Shown here: positions 56,769 to 64,000 of the stretch, one piece after another | How the letters are laid out: each line of letters opens with the position of its first letter | Position numbering within the stretch: the stretch's first letter is position 1 | Assembly: GCA_964634445.1 (NCBI GenBank) | Contig: CAZWJA010000004.1 | Location: 13,258 to 77,257, forward strand | DNA: 64,000 nucleotides | DNA from: an uncultured Candidatus Saccharibacteria bacterium | Lineage (GTDB): Bacteria; Patescibacteriota; Saccharimonadia; Saccharimonadales; AWTP1-31 | Reading direction: 5' to 3' | Notes under the pieces: generated by a model | Told to the model about the DNA's origin: nothing | What the model saw: the letters and a program-made list of their open reading frames with translations, nothing else | The model's database searches: none | Position numbers and translations under genes: made by a program

Positions 56769-58808
56769 TTAAGTATTTTTTAAGAACTTAATAAAATTAT
56801 CTTCGGTAATTATTTTAGTACCTAGCTTCCTGGCTTTTTCAATTTTGCTGGCTCCAACATTTGCTCCTAATACCAAATAGTCGGTGTCTTTTCCGACGCT
56901 GCTCTGAAATGTTCCACCTAGTGATCTAATCTTTTCGGCAGCTTCATCCCGACCCATTGTTTCAAGCGTTCCAGTAACTACGAACTTTTTACCGCTTAAA
57001 GGTCCACCGACCTTTTCAACCGCTTGTGGTTCGACGCCTAAATGCTTGAACTTATCTAGCAACTTACGGCTCTGGGGGTCAGCAAACCAAGCGACGATTG
57101 CCTCGGCTACAATATCGCCAACGCCCTCTACACCCGACAATTCGTCAATGGTAGTTGCCTGGATATTTTCCAGCGTATGAAATCTATTGCTTAAATCAAT
57201 AGCTGTTTGAGTGCCAACATGCCTAATGCCGAGTCCATAAATAAATCTGGCCAGCGGAGGCTGCTTTTTTTCTTGTATTGCCTTAATTAACTTATTGGCG
57301 CTTATTTCTGCAAACCGGTCCAGCTTTAGAACTTGTTCGGTAGTGATATTGTAAATATCTGCCTGATCGGCAATCAGCTTAGCGTCAAGCAGTGCGATAA
57401 CATTCTTCTCGCCAAGTCCTTCTATGTCGAGTGCTGATTTGCTAGCGAAATGCTCTATATGCTTCCAACTTCGAGCTGGACATGCTGTATTTGGACAGCG
57501 CCAAATAACGTCGTCTGCTTTTAATTTTGTTAGCTTAGTATTGCATTCTGGGCAATTAACTGGCATTTCAAACGGTTGTTCTTTGCCAGTCCTGAGTTTT
57601 ACTAGCGGCTCGATTACTTCCGGAATAATATCCCCAGCTTTATGGACGATTACAGTATCGCCAACTCGTATATCTTTTCTTTTAACTTCGTTATCGTTAT
57701 GCAATGTTGCCATCTGGACAGTCGATCCAGCAATCAAAACTGGTTCCAGCATGGCAACTGGTGTTGCAGATCCAGTCCGACCGATAGATATGAATATATC
57801 CTTAACAATTGTGGTCGACTGTTCAGCTGGGTATTTGTAGGCCACGGCAGCTCTTGGAGCTTTACCAACTACGCCTAAGCGGGAGTACATGTTTCGGTCA
57901 TTAATCTTAATTACCAAACCGTCAGTATTAAATTCCAAATCATGCCTTTTTTCTTCCCAGACGTTCGCAAACTCTAAAATTGCTTTTAGAGACGTCACCA
58001 CAGTTGCTTGCTTATTAGCCTGAAGGCCTAATTCACGTAAGTACTGGTAAGCGTCCATATGGGTTGCTACTTCGCTCGGATCGTCGCGGATTAGATCGTA
58101 GGCGTGGAATCGTAACGGCCGGCTAGCAACCAGATTAGGATCAAGCTGCCGAATTGTACCGGCTGCAGTATTGCGCGGGTTGGCAAACAGCGGCAAGCCT
58201 TGTTTTTCACGGCCCTGATTTAGTTTTTCAAAGTCTTTTTTATACAGTACAATTTCACCCCTGATTTCAGTGCGCCCAATCATAAATTTACTTGTTCTAC
58301 TGGTTTTGCGCAGCTGCAGTGGCACCGCATTAATAGTCCGAACATTAGCAGTCACATCTTCGCCGACAAAACCGTCGCCTCTAGTGATAGCTTTTACGAA
58401 ATGCCCATCTTCATACACAAGTGCGCAGGCTAAGCCGTCCATTTTCAGATCCATGAAATAGCCGGCTTTTACACAATCTGGTTCAATCTTTACGATTCGG
58501 TTTTTCCAGGCAGTCAGCTCAGCTTCATTGAAAATATCGTTCAGGCTTAGCATCCTGGTACTGTGACTGGCCCGCTTAAAACCCTTCAAGGCATGCCCAG
58601 CTACTCTTTGAGTTGGAGAATCTGGTGTAATTAGTTCTGGAAAAGCTTCTTCTAGCTGAGATAGCTCGTGCTTCAGACTGTCAGCGGCGGCTTCGTCCAT
58701 GATTGACTTATCGAGTACATGATACTGAAATCGGTAATCATTAATAAGTTCTTTTAGCTTGTCTATTCTAGCTTTTGCCTTTATCTTGTTAGTTTCAATC
58801 TTACTCAT
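56769..58808 (-). CDS. ligA: NAD-dependent DNA ligase
   Basis: Adenylation motif LKMDGLA, Zn finger CPECNTKL...CPNTAC, HhH repeats, and a C-terminal BRCT domain (GKKFVVTGTL). Confidence 0.93.
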   Translation of the reverse strand: MSKIETNKIKAKARIDKLKELINDYRFQYHVLDKSIMDEAAADSLKHELSQLEEAFPELITPDSPTQRVAGHALKGFKRASHSTRMLSLNDIFNEAELTAWKNRIVKIEPDCVKAGYFMDLKMDGLACALVYEDGHFVKAITRGDGFVGEDVTANVRTINAVPLQLRKTSRTSKFMIGRTEIRGEIVLYKKDFEKLNQGREKQGLPLFANPRNTAAGTIRQLDPNLVASRPLRFHAYDLIRDDPSEVATHMDAYQYLRELGLQANKQATVVTSLKAILEFANVWEEKRHDLEFNTDGLVIKINDRNMYSRLGVVGKAPRAAVAYKYPAEQSTTIVKDIFISIGRTGSATPVAMLEPVLIAGSTVQMATLHNDNEVKRKDIRVGDTVIVHKAGDIIPEVIEPLVKLRTGKEQPFEMPVNCPECNTKLTKLKADDVIWRCPNTACPARSWKHIEHFASKSALDIEGLGEKNVIALLDAKLIADQADIYNITTEQVLKLDRFAEISANKLIKAIQEKKQPPLARFIYGLGIRHVGTQTAIDLSNRFHTLENIQATTIDELSGVEGVGDIVAEAIVAWFADPQSRKLLDKFKHLGVEPQAVEKVGGPLSGKKFVVTGTLETMGRDEAAEKIRSLGGTFQSSVGKDTDYLVLGANVGASKIEKARKLGTKIITEDNFIKFLKNT

Positions 58809-59811
58809 TAAGTAGTTCCCTATACAGGCTATACAAGTATATTATGCCAAGCACCCAGCTAAATGACGAAACTGTGAAATACACGAATTCGGCTATAACT
58901 GGTAGGTATATCAAGAAAGGCAGCATGATTACTGCGATTAATATGAAAAGCGCTAAAGGTAGAAACAGTATTTTTCTTAGCACAATTAACCGGCGGTGCC
59001 GGACAAGCTGGCGGGCGCTTTTTAAAGCTTTAAACGGTGCCATATTGGGTAATGTAACAATAAAAGGAGCAAAGATAGACGAAATCAAAAGATAGAAAGA
59101 TAGAACTGCTAAAGCTAAAATCAATATTATCCAAACTACTTTTTCAACTAAATATACAGCTATGCCGCCACCTATTACCTGGGCATACAGCCAGGCGCCA
59201 ATACTAAGCGGCAATAACTGAACTGCAATTGCCATTAAAACTAAAATAAACGGGATCAACGGCCCCATACTTTTATAAAATGCGTCCCTTATAGTTATTT
59301 TTTGCTTGGCGATAACCTGTCGCAAGGCCCAAATTACTGACAATGTAGTAACAAATATAATCAGAGTCTGATATACGCTGGCACCATTATTAATTGCTTG
59401 CTGAGTGCTGCCGGTCGATGAGAATAGAACACCAAGTAGAGTTACTAAACTGAATATGCTACCGGTCTTGCCACTGTAAACTTCGCCGAGCGATGATTTC
59501 AGATCGCCAATATTCAAACTATTCTTTGAACTATTTACTAATATAAGTGATAGCAGAATATTTGTAATAACAATTCCTATAAACAGTTTCTTGTTGTTTC
59601 GTACTAAATTAATACTCACTTTTATCAATTTGTAGCCGCTGGAAAGTTTTGGCTGATGCGGTCGAATTTTCTTATGCATTTTAAATGATTTGTATTGGGG
59701 CAGTTTTAAACGCCGGGCGTTGTTGCTGGCAAATGTGCTTTTTTTGGCTTTGCTACTTTTCTTAACAACCTTTACTTTTTTAATCTTGCTTTTATCTGTT
59801 GTTTTTGGCAT
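58801..59811 (-). CDS. polytopic membrane protein with Lys-rich N-terminus, unknown function
   Basis: 336 aa. The 8-nt overlap with ligA and 1-nt overlap with htpX imply co-transcription. Confidence 0.55.
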   Translation of the reverse strand: MPKTTDKSKIKKVKVVKKSSKAKKSTFASNNARRLKLPQYKSFKMHKKIRPHQPKLSSGYKLIKVSINLVRNNKKLFIGIVITNILLSLILVNSSKNSLNIGDLKSSLGEVYSGKTGSIFSLVTLLGVLFSSTGSTQQAINNGASVYQTLIIFVTTLSVIWALRQVIAKQKITIRDAFYKSMGPLIPFILVLMAIAVQLLPLSIGAWLYAQVIGGGIAVYLVEKVVWIILILALAVLSFYLLISSIFAPFIVTLPNMAPFKALKSARQLVRHRRLIVLRKILFLPLALFILIAVIMLPFLIYLPVIAEFVYFTVSSFSWVLGIIYLYSLYRELLNE

Positions 59812-60692
59812 TAGCTGTTAGTCCCCATATTTCGCAGGATTCTGATCCTATCTTCAATTGGAGGGTGCGTGCTAAAAAGGTTAGACAAAGCTTTTTTGCT
59901 TAATGGGTTGGCAAAGAATAGGTGCGCCGTAGAAGTATTTTGCTTCTTAAGTACGCTGCCGCTTCGAGCAATCTTTTCAAGCGCACTGGCAAGTCCTTCC
60001 GGATATCTGGTGGTTAAAGCTCCAGTCGCGTCGGCCAAATACTCGCGCCGTCTGGAAATTGCCATTTGAATTAGGGCCGCCACAATTGGTGACAGTATAA
60101 TTGCCAGCAGCCCGACAGCCATGACTACTGGGTTAGATCCTCTGTCATCGTCGTCACCCCCGCCCCAAAACCAGGACCGGAGAACTATATCGGCGATAAT
60201 GCTGATTATTGAAGCTAGGGCGAATGCAACCAGACTGACCCTAATATCATAATTTTTGACATGTCCTAGTTCGTGGGCAATAACTCCTTGCAGTTCAGTA
60301 TCTGTCAGTGCGTCAAGCAGTCCTCGAGTCGCACAAACTACTGAGTGATTAGGATCCCGACCAGTCGCAAATGCGTTCATGGCCGGATCTTCTATTACAT
60401 AAACCTTCGGCATAGGCATGCCAGTAGTAATCGACAGGTTTTCAACCGTCCGATAAAGTACTGGTTCGTCCTTCTTGCTTACTTCATGGGCTCCGTTTAA
60501 GGACAACGCTAGCTTTGAGCCGGCAAAGTATGAAAATATTACGTACAGTAGAGCTGCAATTATAGCAAATGGTGCAAAGCTTTTGCCGCCAAAATAGTAG
60601 CCTGCAATATAGGCAATCGCACTGGCAAAGACAGCAAAAAACAGCATTATCAATACGCTTTTTCTTTTATTCGATGCGATCTGGTCGTACAT
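59811..60692 (-). CDS. htpX: M48-family zinc metalloprotease HtpX
   Basis: HELGHVKN zinc motif, four TM segments and a downstream EYLAD motif. Confidence 0.88.
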   Translation of the reverse strand: MYDQIASNKRKSVLIMLFFAVFASAIAYIAGYYFGGKSFAPFAIIAALLYVIFSYFAGSKLALSLNGAHEVSKKDEPVLYRTVENLSITTGMPMPKVYVIEDPAMNAFATGRDPNHSVVCATRGLLDALTDTELQGVIAHELGHVKNYDIRVSLVAFALASIISIIADIVLRSWFWGGGDDDDRGSNPVVMAVGLLAIILSPIVAALIQMAISRRREYLADATGALTTRYPEGLASALEKIARSGSVLKKQNTSTAHLFFANPLSKKALSNLFSTHPPIEDRIRILRNMGTNS

Positions 60693-60746
60693 AAATAAAA
60701 ACTAGCCGCAGTTTATACTAACGGCTAGTCGATTCTCCCATTGGTA

Positions 60747-61304
60747 TTAAAACTTTACGTTAACAGGTTCTTTTACGGCAGCTGTTTGAGCTTCGTCAAG
60801 TTCGTAGAATTCGCGCTTTTTGAATCCTAGAATTCCAGCAAAGATATTCGTAGGAAATGACTGGATTTTGATATTCAGGTCACGAGCTGAGCCGTTATAG
60901 AATCTTCGTGATGCTTGGATCTTATCTTCCGTGTCGGTCAGTTCAGCCTGCAGCTGAGCAAAGTTTTCATTGGCTTTTAGCTGAGGGTAGTTTTCAGCAA
61001 CTGCAAATAGGCTCTTTAGAGCGCCTGTAAACATATTGTCAGCTTCGGCAGTTTCTTGCACGCCTTGGGCTCCCAAAATCGCAGATCGAGCTTTGGTTAC
61101 ATTTTCGAAGACTTCTTTTTCGTGTTTAGCATAGCCTTTTACTGTTTCTATTAGATTCGGAATCAGGTCAGCACGCCTTTTTAGTTGAACTGTAATATCA
61201 CTCCATGCTTCTTCTACCCGGACATTAGCCTTTACCAGGCCGTTGTACATAGCTATGCCTGCTAGCAACAGTACACCTACGACAACTAATACTATAATCA
61301 GCAT
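60747..61304 (-). CDS. lemA: LemA-family protein
   Basis: N-terminal TM followed by YNGLV...[19 protein letters not shown], the LemA hallmark. Confidence 0.88.
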   Translation of the reverse strand: MLIIVLVVVGVLLLAGIAMYNGLVKANVRVEEAWSDITVQLKRRADLIPNLIETVKGYAKHEKEVFENVTKARSAILGAQGVQETAEADNMFTGALKSLFAVAENYPQLKANENFAQLQAELTDTEDKIQASRRFYNGSARDLNIKIQSFPTNIFAGILGFKKREFYELDEAQTAAVKEPVNVKF

Positions 61305-61362
61305 TTTCCACTCCTTAATTTACCTATTAATTATATCACTGTTAACAATAATATATCTATAT

Positions 61363-62118
61363 TTAACTTGTTACTGCTGATGAAACTTGCGATTTGACGT
61401 TCCAAAGCCAAACTACCAGTCCGATCGAAATAGATAACGAAATTAAATTACCGCTGCTAAAAGACGAAAATTTGTTTAGTGAATTAGCCAAGGTATCTAA
61501 CAAGCCGATAATATTAAGGACTAGAAGTACACTCAGAATAGTATTTACGTTTCTAATTTTCTTAGCATTAAGAAAATATAGACCTAAACCAATATACACG
61601 GCTGCTATTGCAAAGATCGCAAATATTGCAAAACTGGCTACATGCAAGCTTGAGGACTGTTTGGTTTTTGCAGAAGTGAACAGTTCCAATGTATTAAATA
61701 AACTAAGCCATGAAATAGTTGCAAGAAGAAACAATAGGCCGACTACTAATATAAATATGGCATATGGTTTAAGTTCAGGTACAAGCTCGATGACTTTTGA
61801 ATTTCTTAATTGTGGAGATTGTTTAGCTGGAGCTAAACTTGGTGCGACATGATCAAGTACTTCAGGGTAGATACTGTCGGTATTTGTTTCCGTATTTGTC
61901 TGGTTGGTAGGAGTGCTTTTTGGAACAGACGATGAAATTACAGGTTTCGGAGCCGGCTGGGATGGCGTGCTGGCAGTCTGGCCAACAAATTCCGACATAT
62001 CACTTACTGGTTGGATGACTTTGTTCTTAACATGCAGCGATTTACCGTCAACTGCTCTTTTTTCATTAGCTTCGTTTACATTTGAAGCCGGCTTTGGTTC
62101 TTTTTGTTCGTCTTCCAT
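61363..62118 (-). CDS. membrane protein with Ser/Thr/Pro-rich N-terminal region, unknown function
   Basis: 251 aa. The C-terminal half has four hydrophobic helices. Confidence 0.5.
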   Translation of the reverse strand: MEDEQKEPKPASNVNEANEKRAVDGKSLHVKNKVIQPVSDMSEFVGQTASTPSQPAPKPVISSSVPKSTPTNQTNTETNTDSIYPEVLDHVAPSLAPAKQSPQLRNSKVIELVPELKPYAIFILVVGLLFLLATISWLSLFNTLELFTSAKTKQSSSLHVASFAIFAIFAIAAVYIGLGLYFLNAKKIRNVNTILSVLLVLNIIGLLDTLANSLNKFSSFSSGNLISLSISIGLVVWLWNVKSQVSSAVTS

Positions 62119-62206
62119 ATACTGCTGCGTTTTTAATAACGTTAATGTTTACAATCACAATATATGCCAGCGTCTCACAATGCAATAATAAAATATAAAG
62201 CTGTAA

Positions 62207-63400
62207 TTAATTTTTGAACTTGAAATTAATATTGCCAAGCAAAGTCATAACATCTTTATCGCGATCAACGCCAAGCGCTGTACTACCCAATTTCAAAATA
62301 GGAAAAAAGTATTCCGCTAAAGCCTCTTTTTGTACTGTATTCAAATGAGCGTCAATTGCTTTTCTAACATAAAGTAGTTGTTCCTCAGATATAAAGTTAG
62401 AATCATTTCCGGCATCATTTAAAAGTAGTAATTCCGAGTTTGCTTCGCTAAGTTCATGATTTTTAGCTTGGACTTCTTCCCAGGCTATACTCCTGTATTC
62501 CTTACTTACGGCACCAATTAGCTCAAATGGTAGTTCTGTTGGCTCCTCATCATAATATTGATTCCATGTGCGTGCGTGAGCATATGATTCTGCGTTTAAT
62601 TTGTGCTGTCCTCTTGGACGCACGTACTTAGTACTTCTATCTATAGAAAATATACCTTTGTACCCGTCAAGGTATTCCGGAATAACAAATGTCTCAATTG
62701 GATTGCCGGTAGCAGCATCGAATATAATTCCGGATTTGATATCCCTAAGGTCAACGTAGATTGTTCTTACATCTCTGTTTACTTCAGTTCTTGGACCGGT
62801 TCCATAATCATCGGCTTTGAAATCTTCACTAACATCAGACCACCAGCTAGCATTGGAAATTGAATTTGAAAGTTTTCGAATTTTATCGTCAACCTCATGT
62901 CCTCTTAATCCACCTAAACGTACCAATTTCTCGCCAGGTTCATGACGATAAATATAAGTATTTCTAATACCGTTGGATAAAGAAATTTCTACTGCACTTT
63001 GTAATTCGGATGATATAAGCTCGCCGTTTAAAACACTGCTTGAAACAGATCTAAGGGCAGCAACCTGCAAGGGATTATCGACTTCTAATGTGACAGTTTC
63101 TTTACTACGAGATTTTTTTGGCTTAGTAAAAGCTGTTGCAAAGTCACTCACCTGGGTGTCGTTTAGTTTATCAATCCGCTCAGATGCATCGGTTATATCA
63201 AAAAACAACTGCGGTGTTGAGCCGCCTGTTTTGTCAGGATGGATAGCGCTACTAATTGCTCTTTGCACACCTTTTGCTGCTGTTCTGAGAGCATCAGTCG
63301 AACCAACTTCCTGAATCTGCTTTACTATTTCAGGCGTAAGACCAATATCTTCAAATGGATTGGTGCCGAATTGTTCTTCTAAAAACTTCTTCCTATCCAT
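62207..63400 (-). CDS. J-domain-like protein with unrecognised ~320-aa C-terminal body
   Basis: The N-terminal ~75 aa have a J-domain layout: PFEDIGLTPEI..., ALRTAAKGVQRAISSAIHPDKTGG (HPD motif) and LFFDITDASERIDKL. The rest matches nothing I recognise. Confidence 0.55.
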   Translation of the reverse strand: MDRKKFLEEQFGTNPFEDIGLTPEIVKQIQEVGSTDALRTAAKGVQRAISSAIHPDKTGGSTPQLFFDITDASERIDKLNDTQVSDFATAFTKPKKSRSKETVTLEVDNPLQVAALRSVSSSVLNGELISSELQSAVEISLSNGIRNTYIYRHEPGEKLVRLGGLRGHEVDDKIRKLSNSISNASWWSDVSEDFKADDYGTGPRTEVNRDVRTIYVDLRDIKSGIIFDAATGNPIETFVIPEYLDGYKGIFSIDRSTKYVRPRGQHKLNAESYAHARTWNQYYDEEPTELPFELIGAVSKEYRSIAWEEVQAKNHELSEANSELLLLNDAGNDSNFISEEQLLYVRKAIDAHLNTVQKEALAEYFFPILKLGSTALGVDRDKDVMTLLGNINFKFKN

Positions 63401-63447
63401 CTGTGTTCCTTATTACTTAAGATTACTTAAGCGCTTATACTATTGAC

Positions 63448-63981
63448 TTAGTAATCTAAACTTGAAGGTCTATCTGGACCATCATAAGGTGTATATGAAA
63501 AACCTGATGCATCACTACTTTGAAGAACTTGCTGTTCAATAAAGTCTGCATTATCAACATCGAATTCTAATAGTTCAGCCATCCAGCTAGCTCTTGTAAG
63601 TAGAGTACTTTTATGTTCGCCGGCGTTTATTTCTGCAACGCTGTCTTCTCTAGTTCTTGTTGAACCTGAAGTATCGACTGTATGGAAGGAATGATATGGT
63701 ATACCTTTTTTAGTCGCTCTCGCAACTTCATGCTGAAATGTATACTGCACCACACCACCAAGAATTAGTTCAATTGCTTCGTCATCAATCGCAATATCTT
63801 CTCTTGAAAGAAGTAACCCTGCTTTTCGAGCACTACGAATAACTGCTGGTAGAGAAATGGTAGTTTCTGCATTTAATTGCTCATCATTAATAACAGTGTG
63901 AACTTCTAATCCACCAGATAGTGTATGAGGGGATAATTTTTCAGGTAGTCGTGAACTTGTACCTCTAAGATAGCTAAGCAT
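63448..63981 (-). CDS. hypothetical protein
   Basis: 177-aa ORF, 47 nt upstream of and co-oriented with the J-domain gene. No motif recognised. Confidence 0.5.
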   Translation of the reverse strand: MLSYLRGTSSRLPEKLSPHTLSGGLEVHTVINDEQLNAETTISLPAVIRSARKAGLLLSREDIAIDDEAIELILGGVVQYTFQHEVARATKKGIPYHSFHTVDTSGSTRTREDSVAEINAGEHKSTLLTRASWMAELLEFDVDNADFIEQQVLQSSDASGFSYTPYDGPDRPSSLDY

Positions 63982-64000
63982 TTTGCTTGGTGGTAAATAA

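Noticed and set aside
1-64000. CRISPR arrays, rRNA genes, transposases, integrases, reverse transcriptase/DGR or retron elements
   Set aside because: Reading through the intergenic regions and ORF list, I found no spaced direct-repeat array, rRNA-like sequence, or ORF with integrase, transposase or RT motifs. This was a by-eye scan, so short or degenerate repeats could be missed.
1-64000. Alternative genetic code (UGA recoding as in some CPR lineages)
   Set aside because: TGA terminates well-defined genes, for example the transketolase N-subunit stop in the ATGAGTGA overlap and the ATGA overlaps at 7156 and 10141. Conserved proteins have normal lengths under the standard code.

Overview
This is a 64-kb chromosomal window from a small-genome, moderately AT-rich bacterium. 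Genes are short, tightly packed and often overlap by 1, 4 or 8 nt. Transketolase is split, S16 and the KH protein carry acidic tails, and biosynthetic genes are few. This looks like Patescibacteria/CPR (Saccharibacteria-like), but that placement is inference only. TGA, TAA and TAG all act as stops, so the code is standard.

I support about 75 protein genes and two tRNAs (Gln-CUG, Ala-GGC). Several genes below the track cutoff are added: rpmF, a hydrophilic 51-aa gene and three micro-ORFs. I saw no rRNA, CRISPR array, transposase, integrase or reverse transcriptase.

Layout:
- 1-8.2 kb: glycolysis and pentose-phosphate string.
- 8.2-23 kb: housekeeping (ppa, trxB/glutaredoxin, pheST, rmuC and others).
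- 23.2-30.7 kb: accessory stretch starting at tRNA-Gln. It holds a reader-domain/HNH nuclease, a decayed tRNA 3' copy, a frameshifted small gene, a tightly coupled DxDxDG/Excalibur operon, a secreted phosphoesterase, MgtC and a CHAP peptidoglycan hydrolase with FG-GAP-like repeats.
- 31-42 kb: stress and envelope genes (YtxH, typA, sodC, an ABC-2 exporter, PAP2).
- 42-56 kb: rpsP-KH-trmD, rnc, nusB, rpmF, leuS, ddl, a murF-like gene and rarA.
- 56-64 kb: ligA, then a membrane/HtpX/LemA string and a J-domain protein with an unrecognised body.

The most interesting items are the tRNA-Gln mini-island, the calcium-motif and secreted-hydrolase cluster, the J-domain pair, a membrane-anchored MurF-like ligase, and a recurrent -10 box placed 6-8 nt before start codons, which suggests leaderless mRNAs. 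I found no complete, clearly novel multi-gene system. All family calls come from motifs read by eye, with no searches run.
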